NCBI GenBank assembly: GCA_000320545.1
Contig: ADNK01000979.1
Coordinates: 38,805 to 102,804, forward strand
Reading direction: 5' to 3'
DNA length: 64,000 nt
Source: Bigelowiella natans CCMP2755
Taxonomy: Eukaryota > Protista > Cercozoa
In this document: positions 24,418 to 35,026 of the stretch, piece after piece
Layout: every line of letters starts with the position of its first letter
Numbering within the stretch: the first letter of the stretch is position 1
Notes under the pieces: generated by a model
The model's input: the letters and a program-made list of their open reading frames with translations, nothing else
Told to the model about the DNA's origin: nothing
The model's database searches: none
Translations under genes and position numbers: made by a program

Positions 24418-27336
24418 TCATCGCTTTCGGAACTTCACCAACCACCAGGTAATAGATTCCTCTCTAACCTTATCTCCTTTGTCGCTTACCCAGAACTCAC
24501 CTTCGTCCTTAGGTTCGTGTCCATACCAGCCCTCTGCATCAAGGTCCCCCAGGACCTTATACCAGTGCTCAAAGGGTAAGTCGGGAACAGCTAGGTAGAG
24601 TAGCTGATATTTTCCGTCCTTTATTTTCATAGCTACCCTCTCCATATTTCGTAATCCAGGGTAGCCTAGATAGACAATCTTCATGCGCCAATCGTCGTTC
24701 ACCCTGACCTTATTGTTTCCATATTCCACATCGAACTTAGGTCGGGGTCCTAAACAAGGCATTGCTCGCTCCCACACAGTAGGGTTTACTTTAACATCCT
24801 CTAGGAGCTTCTCACCGATATCATAATTCTTTAGGTGACTGATGTGGCGCAAGGTGACCCTGTTCCCATCATAGATGTAGTACTGCTTCCTCCCCTTCCT
24901 CTCGGTAACCTTTGCAACGCCACCCCAGAAGGGGTCTTGTTTATTTCTCGATCTCAGATTTACCTTGGCCCTAACATACTGTCCTTCCTTTAGAACTCGG
25001 CCATCGTACGGGACCTTCTCGTCTTCGCTCTCGGTATCGTCGTCGTTGTCGTCGCCTTCTTCCCTCTCCTTATCCTTGATACCTCCCCCAGACGTGAAGG
25101 TGTCGTTTACTAACCCTTGTATCTTGTCTGGTGTGGTGCTATTTATCCTGCTTAGGTTGGCCAAGGTGCGGTGGAGTCGCTCTACCTTGGAGTTGGACTG
25201 GGCATAGTATACAGGTGAGGCATCAATATTAGGGTGTGGTAGCTGTAGAAGAGAGGTCTCATTATCCACATGTAACTTCTTTGGTATCTTGTTTATGCTA
25301 ACTTCATCAGGGATAGCCTGGAGCTCAGACTCCCAGGTACGGTAGCAGTTAGTAAGCCTCTGCTTATATAAGCCTTTGTTCTTCTTAGCAACGTTGACCT
25401 TGATAATCTTTTTAACCCAGCACTTTCCAGTGGCCACATCAACGAAGGTAAGGTAGTGATAGCCATCGTACTTATAAACATCAATTTGCACGATATCTAA
25501 GAAGTTCCTTGCTTTGATTTTCTTAGATGCACGGCTCTTGCTGGACTCCTTGGTGGCGACGCCTGCCGCCTTCAAGCTGGAGCACCTGCAGCCACGCAGG
25601 TATGTCCTTATCTCTTTTAGCTTGTAGGGCCAGTAGTAATGGTAGAGTAGAGCAGTGATATGGTTTTCTCCTACGTGTGCAGGTCCATGGGCGGTAAAGA
25701 GAAGGGCTCCCCTGGTCCGCCGTGGCACGTAGGTACGCCTAACATTATTAGTGTATACATATATCCTATCACTAAGTACCTCATGCTTGTGTTTGTATTT
25801 ATCCAGGTGTTCTTGAAGGTGCTGGAGCTCCTCTGGCTCAGGCAGGAAGTCGCCGTCCTCGAAGGTAATCGCGTTAACCATAGGGGTGACCTGGGTAGGG
25901 ACTTTCTTTTCGAACAGCCTGCTGAAATAGTCAGCAAGCTGCTTGTCTCCTGGTGCGTAGACCACTGTCCTCTTGTCCCTAAACTCTTCCGTGTCCGCCC
26001 TCATAGCTGCATACTCATCGTTAGGCGCTTCGAGCTTGCGGTCGATGCCTAGGAGGGGCTTGTGGTCAGTCATTAAGGTGAAGCTGGGCACCGACAGCAG
26101 GTAGTATCTTAGTTTCCTCTGCGCCTCAGTCATGGCTTTATACTCTCCTTTTGTAGGGCTGTACTTGGCCTCAGCTGCTGTGCAGGCCCTGCCCCACACC
26201 CGTATGATCTGCTGGTCTTGGGTAAGTACAGCAGCCATACCTAGCTTAGACCAGTCTGTCCATAGGGTAGCTGGTCTAGTAGTGTCTAGCTTAGCATTCA
26301 ATAGGGTGTTGCTGCATAACTTTATTAGGTTATCGAAGTGGGCATCAAGGCCAGCCTTGGCCCACACCTTAGCGAAGCTGAGGCCTACAGAGTTCTCCTT
26401 CCGGTAAGCAGTAGTAAAAGCAGCTGCAGTCCTAGCGTAGGTAGGGGAGAACCTACGTAGTATCCAAGCTGCAGTCTGCAAGAATGACTTTAACTCCTTT
26501 GCATTCTTAGGTTTAGGGGCTTGCTGTAGTGCTGCTACTTTCTCGGGGTTTGGGGTGATGCGGCCTTGCTCCAGGTAATATCCACACCACTTGATTCTTG
26601 TAGCTAGGAATGTACACTTCTGCAGTCTAATAGTAAAACCGAAGTGTGCAAACCTAATAAATATATTTTCCAGGAGGAAGATCTGAGCGACGACTGTGTT
26701 GGTACATATTATGTCATCATCCACATACACAAACACAAACACCCACAACACAGACGCCATCCCATCATGTGTGTATGCCCTGTAGTTCTGACTACTGAAC
26801 GCATCCCCTGATATGCTTAGGCCGTAAGGGAATACGACGAAGTGCCACTTCCTGTGCCTGCTGGAGAACGCGGTAATGGGGCGGGAGGTTTTGTGGATGG
26901 GTGTCTGCATGTATGATTCATTTTTATCTAGGGAAGAGTAGTATTTGTATCCTATGACGTGTTCAATAACGTCATCTATCCTTGGTGTAGGTGTCTGGAT
27001 CCTCTTTATTACTCGGTTGTGGCGGATGAAGTTGTGCGCCAGGCGGAAGAAAGGGTAAGTAGGTTTCTTAGCTAGCACATGTCTCACGTTCCATGGTGAG
27101 TTGCTTGGCTCTATCTTCCCTTCCTTTGCCCATTCATTGATCTGCCACTCTATCTTTTCCCAGTCCGCTTCCGGTCGCCTATGTTCTGGGTCATTGATGA
27201 TGCACTCTTCGTATCCCTTCTTTAGCTCGATCTTTACTGGGGTAAGCTTGCTGGAGGGCTTCGTCGTCGGCTTGGTGATGTCAGAGTACTTCTCGTTTAA
27301 TATTTTATTAATGTACTTTTTGCCTTTGTCGATATT
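24418..27336 (-). CDS. pol: Pol: reverse transcriptase, RNase H, integrase, GPY/F-SH3-like module and an extra C-terminal domain
   Basis: IEPSNSPWN, VFPYGL, YVDD (RT); WTDWS..YSPTKGE..TDHKPL..ADYFSR (RNase H); VQID..FVD..VDNE..SNSKVER (IN). The frame is open back to the TGA at 27337-27339. Confidence 0.93.
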   Translation of the reverse strand, partial: NIDKGKKYINKILNEKYSDITKPTTKPSSKLTPVKIELKKGYEECIINDPEHRRPEADWEKIEWQINEWAKEGKIEPSNSPWNVRHVLAKKPTYPFFRLAHNFIRHNRVIKRIQTPTPRIDDVIEHVIGYKYYSSLDKNESYMQTPIHKTSRPITAFSSRHRKWHFVVFPYGLSISGDAFSSQNYRAYTHDGMASVLWVFVFVYVDDDIICTNTVVAQIFLLENIFIRFAHFGFTIRLQKCTFLATRIKWCGYYLEQGRITPNPEKVAALQQAPKPKNAKELKSFLQTAAWILRRFSPTYARTAAAFTTAYRKENSVGLSFAKVWAKAGLDAHFDNLIKLCSNTLLNAKLDTTRPATLWTDWSKLGMAAVLTQDQQIIRVWGRACTAAEAKYSPTKGEYKAMTEAQRKLRYYLLSVPSFTLMTDHKPLLGIDRKLEAPNDEYAAMRADTEEFRDKRTVVYAPGDKQLADYFSRLFEKKVPTQVTPMVNAITFEDGDFLPEPEELQHLQEHLDKYKHKHEVLSDRIYVYTNNVRRTYVPRRTRGALLFTAHGPAHVGENHITALLYHYYWPYKLKEIRTYLRGCRCSSLKAAGVATKESSKSRASKKIKARNFLDIVQIDVYKYDGYHYLTFVDVATGKCWVKKIIKVNVAKKNKGLYKQRLTNCYRTWESELQAIPDEVSINKIPKKLHVDNETSLLQLPHPNIDASPVYYAQSNSKVERLHRTLANLSRINSTTPDKIQGLVNDTFTSGGGIKDKEREEGDDNDDDTESEDEKVPYDGRVLKEGQYVRAKVNLRSRNKQDPFWGGVAKVTERKGRKQYYIYDGNRVTLRHISHLKNYDIGEKLLEDVKVNPTVWERAMPCLGPRPKFDVEYGNNKVRVNDDWRMKIVYLGYPGLRNMERVAMKIKDGKYQLLYLAVPDLPFEHWYKVLGDLDAEGWYGHEPKDEGEFWVSDKGDKVREESITWWLVKFRKR

Positions 27337-29154
27337 TCAATCATCAGCTGGGGGGGTCTTGTCCAGTAGCTCCGTTATCTGTCGGATGGTCTTGCCGGGG
27401 TTCTTCTTCCGTAGCTCGGTAGGTGTAGGTAGCTTGTTGTCCGCTAGGTCCATAAACTCTAACGCATTAACGCTTGACTCAGAGGTCCACTCGTCAAGCC
27501 GTATCATGTTCTGGCTGATGGTCCTGCCTGACTTCTTTGGCAACTTAGCAAAGTATATCTTGTGATTGTAGAATGATATGATCCCCCCTAATTTTTCTAG
27601 GGCATCCTGTCCGAGGAGTAGTTCCATGGATAAAGTCATGGCTACTCGGGTCTTGATTTGGGTCTCCGCGTCGCTGCCAGGTATCTGTAGCTTTAGCATT
27701 AGCTCACCGACGGTCTTCATGGAAGAGCTTCCGTCTGCTTGAGCATATTTACGTTCTTTCTTAGTCACTTGATCCAATAGTCCTAACCTTCTTACTGTGC
27801 TTAGGCTTATGAAGGACTTCGGCATGCTGCCACTATCCCAAAGGGCAGGTAGTTTCTTGTAGTCTCCGTAGCTGTCTTTAACTTTAACCTTGGTCATAGC
27901 AACTTTGATAGTCCTGTTAGCGTCTTCGTCATTAATGTTGCATACTCCTAAGTTCTTTATGTCGTCTAGGGTCATGGGCTTGTCTTGGTCCTGCGTTGCT
28001 GGTACTGCTGTCTTCGTCGGCGCCTGCTTAAGGTGATCTAATATTCCGTTTATCTGCTGCTGTATAGCATTGATACTGTTCTGCTTTTTGTTCTTATATT
28101 TATTGTTCTTCCCGTTGTTGCTGCCTTGCCATTTGCTGTTGTTATATCCTTGTCCTCTGCCTTTCTTTCTCTTTAACTTCTCGTAGTGTTCGTTGAGCTG
28201 CCTGATCGTCATCCTGGGTCGTCCTTCTTTCCTGTCTCTGCAGTCTTTAGCGGTGTGTTTCCCTTTACGTGAGCAGTATCCGCAACGTCGGTTACCTTCC
28301 CTGTCCTTGTACCAGTCTCGCTGCGGCTTAATAGCGTTAATGTTTCCTATGCCAGGTACCTTAGGGCTGGTAAACTTGCGGTCCTGGGGTAGGGAGTTAG
28401 CATCCTGTTCATTTACAAAAGCCTTCATTATCGCCTCAACGTCTCGTAGCCCACTAACTGTAGTGTGTATTTTCTCTAGCTGCCTGATCCGGGTCCTGCC
28501 TGTCTCGTAAAGGTCCATGGCTTGCTTTATTATAGCTAGCCATTTGAGCTTGTCGTTTTCGGTGGGGTTAGGGGTAAAGTCGCAGAGTATACTCCTAGCG
28601 TTCTTCCACCACCTCCTTGCCTCACCTCTTTTCCCGTTGTATTTCGTTATCATAACCGGTGCTGTTTTAACAGACATGAACTGGGTGTTCCGCTGTACCG
28701 GCTGCTGCTGCTTGACGGTGCTCTGGGTCGTCCCCCGCGAGGCGCCCAGACCCCCGTCGTTCCTAAACAAAGCTGCCCACTCTGGAGGTAAGTCTGCTTC
28801 GTAATCCATGATGTCCTGCATGATAGCTGCCCAAACATCATGTGTCTGATACTTGTATTCTATCGATACTTTCAGTTTGGCGTAGTTGCTCGCCCTGGGT
28901 CGCAAGGCTCGTAATGCCATTACGACCTTCTTGCTTTCGGCGGCCACGTCCTCGTCGTCCGCCTCGTAGAAGTTCTCCAGTGCCTCTGCTGCTGCATCTG
29001 CTTTCTTAATCCCGGGTGCTGGTCCCGGCGGTGCCTGTGGAGGTGTTCCTCCTCCTTCCTTAGCGTCCGTATCGCCCTTCCTTTCCTGTTTCTGCTCGTG
29101 CCCTTGCACGGCCTGCGAGCCAAAGTCCTGCTGTTCTTCTAGCTGCTGTGACAT
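27337..29154 (-). CDS. gag: Gag plus aspartic protease ORF
   Basis: Zinc knuckle CGYCSRKGKHTAKDC; protease ALWDSGS...LLLGQDAL. Ends at a TGA in frame with pol. Confidence 0.9.
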   Translation of the reverse strand: MSQQLEEQQDFGSQAVQGHEQKQERKGDTDAKEGGGTPPQAPPGPAPGIKKADAAAEALENFYEADDEDVAAESKKVVMALRALRPRASNYAKLKVSIEYKYQTHDVWAAIMQDIMDYEADLPPEWAALFRNDGGLGASRGTTQSTVKQQQPVQRNTQFMSVKTAPVMITKYNGKRGEARRWWKNARSILCDFTPNPTENDKLKWLAIIKQAMDLYETGRTRIRQLEKIHTTVSGLRDVEAIMKAFVNEQDANSLPQDRKFTSPKVPGIGNINAIKPQRDWYKDREGNRRCGYCSRKGKHTAKDCRDRKEGRPRMTIRQLNEHYEKLKRKKGRGQGYNNSKWQGSNNGKNNKYKNKKQNSINAIQQQINGILDHLKQAPTKTAVPATQDQDKPMTLDDIKNLGVCNINDEDANRTIKVAMTKVKVKDSYGDYKKLPALWDSGSMPKSFISLSTVRRLGLLDQVTKKERKYAQADGSSSMKTVGELMLKLQIPGSDAETQIKTRVAMTLSMELLLGQDALEKLGGIISFYNHKIYFAKLPKKSGRTISQNMIRLDEWTSESSVNALEFMDLADNKLPTPTELRKKNPGKTIRQITELLDKTPPADD

Positions 29155-29170
29155 TGTTAGTCAAATCGTT

Positions 29171-29188
29171 TCCCGTGTGTGGAAGCCA
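29171..29188 (-). promoter_or_regulatory. Putative primer-binding site
   Basis: Minus strand TGGCTTCCACACACGGGA starts 5 nt after the 5' LTR and is complementary to a ...GGAAG-CCA tRNA 3' end. The tRNA is not identified. Confidence 0.55.
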
Positions 29189-29193
29189 AAGGT

Positions 29194-29519
29194 TGTTGCG
29201 CGTAAGGTGTTCACAGGCCGAGGCGCTACGTGCACAAGTAGGCAGGGGGGGGGAAAGGCACGTTTGCTTCCTTTTGAAGAGTTGTGTTTATTTTTATTAA
29301 AGATTATATTTTTATTAAATCGTGCACTGCGTAATCATTCGCGAAGCTTTCGCGAATGCCGCCGCACGTGGGGCAGCACACTTCCGGTGTGCTGCCATGA
29401 GTCCCGCCGGAACCCACGTGCCCATGCTGTATTAATATCTACGTTATCTATATTCTATATCCGCGACAACCCCTTTGTTGTCGCACGTGACTTGTGCCCG
29501 CGTAGTGGTACGCGCTACA
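29194..29519 (-). repeat. 5' LTR (326 bp)
   Basis: Direct repeat of 24041-24366, followed by TSD AACG. Confidence 0.97.
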
Positions 29520-29687
29520 AACGGGGTAACCGAAAGCCGCCTCCATCGGGCAGACCACACCTCATGGCTGTAGGCGAAGTAAAACGGCGAGTCGATTGAA
29601 CCCTGAGGAGGTGGTTAAGGAAAAAAAGGAAGTCAGCTGAAAGCACAGAAGGTTGAGGATCCTTCTAGTCCGTGCAACCGTAAGGTG

Positions 29688-32051
29688 ATGAGCAACTCGC
29701 CGGAGGACCTCAGCGACGTCCTGCTCAGATGCCAAAAAGACTTGGAGGATGTGAGAAACCAAATCGACGAGCTTCCAGCTCAGAGTGGGGACCACGCCAC
29801 CATATACAACTCGTTGCGGTAATTCATGTCGTAGAATAGAACATGCAAATCACTAACGGTCATACGAACTTATCCCATGTTCTTTTTCCTCTACCGATAA
29901 ATTACAATTTGCGATAAAGGTCCATACTGCACCGTGCTGAGGCGAATCTGTCAGACAAAGCAGCATTCGTCTTGAAGCAGGCAACGTATACACCCCTAGC
30001 AAGCCTTAAATTCCCTCGCCCGGTTTCAACCGATCGAACGGACAGCAGTACGTCATCAGGCCACAGGCAAGAGCTCGCTGTTAGTACCTCGCTGGCCAAG
30101 CAAAACGCAGAGCTCTGGGGGCCTGGAAGTTCCATCCCAAATTCCACTGTCTTGAACGGCCTAAAACGAGATCGCAAGTCACCCTTCAGCAACAGGCGAC
30201 GCCAAAGCAGCCTCCTTAATAAGCGGACTAAGAAACACCGTCCGATGATGCGCTTGACAGGGGGAAAGCAATACGGTCTTATAAGGAAAGGTCATGCTGC
30301 AGCTATTCCAAAAATTCTACCTAAAATCAACCGAAAGAGTCGAAACGCCCCCCTCCCCATAATTTCTCGCCAAGATCTGCGGGAAGGCCTCTACAACTTG
30401 GTGAATCGTGGAGCGATTCCGAAAAATGTCGAACTTTCTAGTTTAGCGAAAGAGGGCACATTACGACACGGAGCAGCGAATTTGAATGACTATCACCGCC
30501 GCTTTGACCCCCAAACGGTAGCAACAGTGCAGGACATTGCCAACGGGCTAGACAATCTTCACTTCGATCTTTCAGAGGAGATCAAGCTTGCCCAAGAGGT
30601 AACTATCATGTACAACCATTTCATTAGAAGATGTAGTCGTTACGGGTAGAGAGCATCATGAGGAGAGGAATCAGGAGTCTTGTAATGAACTGTTTTTCCC
30701 AATATTTTTATGGCACGTATCGAGGCCAAAACCATTGGCGGTTTCAGTACCTTCAGAAATACTTTGAAACATAAATGCTGTTTAGTATTTTACTGAATGT
30801 GACCCTTTTCAACAGGAAATGAAAAGGCCTCCCAAGATTGTGCAGGAATTAAAGGATCGAATCATAACGTCAACAGTTATGATACCTGAGGAGAAGCCTC
30901 CCTCCTCTCTTGAAGAAACCAAGCTCTTGGAGAGACATGAAGATAGGCCCGAAAACCAAAAACAGGACGTACGAGACTACGATCAGCTTCTTGATCAGTA
31001 TTCGCTTCATCAGTTCATCATTCGAAAGGTTATATCCACGTATGCAATATAAAGGAGGGGATGGGGGGAGTGGGGGGGGAGGAGCACTAAAATTTGCGGT
31101 ATATTAATTAGAAATTTTGGCGTATTTTGTGTGTCTGTCTGCAGGGCAAGGTTCTTGACACCCCTGAGTTCACATCTTTCAAGCGCAAATACGCTCACAT
31201 CTGGGGTTCGATAGCAAGCGTGTTGAAGATGATCGAGCAGCTTCTTGCCAACTCTAGAATAGATATGGTACTCTGCAATGGTACAAAACTAGTGGAATTG
31301 GCAGAGGATAGTGAGCTAAAGGTTCCGACAAAGCAGCAACTGATGTCCTGCCTCGGCGACATGGACAGCAAGCCTCTGAAGATTAAAAACGTGCTCTCTG
31401 AGGGAGAAAACAAAGCACGACGGGCTGCGGTCAAGATCCAGGCGTTCGCGCGCATGTGGCTGATGCGCAAAAACTATAGAATTTACAAGTTCCGGTACTC
31501 GATGGCTTCTTGCATCCAGCGTGCCTGGCGCTCCTATTTGTTTCTCAAGAATACACGCATTCGAATTAGTAAAAAATGGGAGAAAAAGATGTTAAACTGG
31601 AGATGTTTGATGGCGGACTTCCGCAGGGATTGGCACAGGACGTGCCGCAAGCGCCGTGTGGAAATACACGTGCCTTCCATGTCCCTTCATGCTAACCAGC
31701 GACGATCAATGCACAATTTCAATATCCTTGAGAATGCACAGATGTCGCGGCTGGCTGTCCTTAAAGATCCTAAAGTTGAGGTGATTTATATCGCACCTTT
31801 TCGCATCCCGCGAGAGGTTCTGGGATATTTCTACGCGCTGCTTGAGGTGACAACGCCATATCTCACAAACACTACCTGGAATGCACAGCATGTTTGAAAT
31901 GGGGAGCAAGCAGCGCAAATTTCACTTATTTATGTAGCGGTCGGTCGGTCGATCGTTCGATGCCTTTTGTAAAAGATGTTTTTGCAGTCTGTTAAACATA
32001 TGAATATCACTCGCAGCATCACTAGTTGCCACGAGCATACACACACAAGGA

Positions 32052-32093
<42 letters not shown>

Positions 32094-32471
32094 GAAAGAT
32101 CGTGTATTCCCTCTTAGGTTGGCGGCGTGGAATCACCTCAACGTCGCATCGGAATTGCTATCCCAGAGAATATCAAAATTTACCCCGACCACTTCTCTCT
32201 CTCGAAAATCGCCTTGTATTCGCCCGTACTTCTGAATACTGTGCGAGAGTGGATTCATGGTCGCCCAGCCTACATCGTTCCTGGTGACACCGGGCAGGAA
32301 GACTTACAACTTGCTGTAGAGTTGAATGTTCCGATGCTTAGCGCCGAGCCAGACATGAATGCTCTTTTGGGCTCCAAATCTGCAGCACGAGGCATTTTCT
32401 CTGAGGCAAAAGTGCCGATTATGCATGGAGTGGGAGGAATTTACGATGAGAAGGAGTTCTTTAAGTATGTG

Positions 32472-32512
<41 letters not shown>

Positions 32513-33956
32513 TTCTCTCTGTCTTTGTCTCTCTGTGTATGTGTTAGTGATTCAGCGTGGATAACAAGGTTCTCAGTTCCCTCTCTTTCGAAAAAAATGT
32601 TTAAAAATAGGTATTTTTCAAAGCTTGTTGTGGAGAATCTAGATGTAAAGCGGTGGATCTTCAAGATCGATCACGAACGTGGTGGACGTGGCATCGCTTT
32701 CATCGACATGATGTCCTTGCAAGTCTACAGGTAATATTGAAAATAGTCACTAATGTTTGTCATCAAACACACTGTTGCCGATTGAAAGAGAAACCTCACG
32801 ATTGTTGTTTTTCCCTCCAAGGTCGATATTGAAGGAGCGGGATTCAAATATAGAATGGTGGAACAACAGGCAAGTTCGATCCGGGGCGGAGATTCGCATA
32901 ATTATCGCTTTGCGGGGGGAAATCGCCCAGAAGGCACGCTTTGCTCATCCAAAGCTCTACCCCAGTTGGGAGGCTTATGCGCGCGATTTCTTCCGAGACG
33001 GCGGCGTGATCGAAGCCTGCCCAAATAACGTGGTGTCCTCGCCCTCTGCCAACGTCTTTGTGGAGCCGGACGGAACCGTAAACATCACCTCAACGCACGA
33101 TCAGGTATTTTCGAGAGATTATGTGTCGTGCGGCAACAGCTTTCCGAGCTCAGGGCCACACGAAGCAATACACGATGCGGCCTTGATGATCGCCAGAGTA
33201 GCCTTTAAGCACGGGTTGATCGGGTTTCTCGGCCTCGATTTTGTCCTTAGCTATGACGCTCGTTCGGGCACACACAGCCTCATGGCAGTGGATCTAAATC
33301 CACGATTGACCGATAGTGCTACCAATTTCATGCTATTTGACTGCCTCATCAATGGCAAGTTTTTCCCAGCCCTTGGCGAGTACCGTATGATGCAGAGGAA
33401 AGCGGTGGAAAAGGGTAAGGACAGCAGCAGACAAAACAGCAATGTCGGCTCCTCTGAGGCCACGTTGGGACCGAAGCGATTCTACACAGCAATCAACTAT
33501 CTCTACCAGCCGCAGATTTCGTCACTTCAGATGAATACGTTCTTCAACGCATGCCGACTAGGCAACATTGCGTACGACATTCAGTCCAACCAGGGCACTG
33601 TTTTCATTTTGATCGACTCCTTCGCCAGCGGCGCACTTGGTGTTCTCTCTGTTGGAAGGGACTTGCTCTCTGAGGTCGCCATAGAAACCAAAGGCCAGAT
33701 TCCAGGTAGTAGAATCCACGATTCTCTCGTGGACCCAGGAATTATAGACTCGATCCAACTTATCGTGGACGCGCTCGTGTTTATTCGTGAGCAGCTAAGC
33801 TCCAGTATGCGAGGAATGAAACACGTCTTTGCGTCCGAAAGCAACCTGGATCCAACGCTTCTTGCGTGCCGAGCGCTACTAAAACGTAAGAAATGGGAGC
33901 TGGAGGCTACTAAGCAAAATGGAATTCAAGAGCTGAGGGCGGGCAAAATAAGATAG
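29688..33956 (+). CDS. IQCH: IQ-motif-containing protein H-like (IQ motifs plus ATP-grasp-like C-terminus)
   Basis: LLDQYSLHQFIIRK|GKVLDTPEFTSFKR; IQ motifs AAVKIQAFARM and IQRAWR; RRVEIHVPS; GGVIEACP..SSPSAN; GFLGLDF..AVDLNPRLT. Canonical introns; start MSNSPEDL at 29688. Confidence 0.85.
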
Positions 33957-34166
33957 AGAGTGGCATGCCTAACTTCTGCTGGGAAATATGGACGTAACTA
34001 GACTGGAACTGTTAAAAATATCTTACCATTCGCGATCCATGTGACAGCAGTATGCCAGTAATGCTCTCCCCCACGTACCTTGTATCACATTGGTTTCCAA
34101 TTTTCAAAGTCAATCGTCTAGACATAGAAGTACGCACGACCAAGTTTCGTTGTTCGCATTATTGTA

Positions 34167-34226
<60 letters not shown>

Positions 34227-35026
34227 TATACTAGCCGCAGCATTGCACCAGTACAAAAGGATGACAATTGAAAAGATTTAATCGTTTCATTTACATACAT
34301 CCGTCTCATCTCATATATATGTGCTGACATATGCTATGTATGTACATATGCACATGTATGTAGCATGTATAAGTAATACATGACGAGGTGATGATGCACA
34401 TATTTCACACAATGCATGTATAGAGTCTGTACGTTAAATTGACTATATGACCGGCTCGCGGTCGCCTACGACGATGCACGATGCTGGCGCTGGGGCAACT
34501 GCGTATGTGCTTGACGAATGAGATGGATGTGAAGAATGAATTGAAAATTGCTTTTCAATGGTCATCCTCTATGCATCCTAATGTAGCTATGCAAAGTCAA
34601 GCAGCGGCCTACGCATAGCGCTTGACGTACATATAGGCGTAGAACACGTGCTCTTATATCGATCATATATTTCAAGTGGTAAGCTAGTAAGGGCTCATTC
34701 ATGAAGCCCTAACGTTGCACTCTAGTAGCACGTAGTATGTAAGCACACACATACATTTCTAGATTTATTTGTGGAAGCACGAATCAGCATACGAAGCGCG
34801 ATGATAGATGTAATGTCATGATGTGTGCCGTGTGGGCTTGTATGCTACTACGTTTACCTAGACGTGAAGCTATTAATGCGTTTACCAAGGCACAATAGCT
34901 CATCATTCGTGCAATGATAATTAAAACGTTGTGGAGTCACGTCATGGAGACTGTAGTCTCCAGTGCATACACTAGTTAGGCTAGAGCACGCTGTTGTAAT
35001 CAACTGAACACCGCAGAGAAAGGCCA

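Larger units (their letters stand above)
24041..29519 (-). mobile_element. Full-length Ty3/Gypsy LTR retrotransposon
   Basis: Two 326-bp TG...CA direct repeats, TSD AACG (24037-24040 / 29520-29523), PBS-like and PPT sites, and domain order Gag-PR-RT-RH-IN. Confidence 0.97.
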
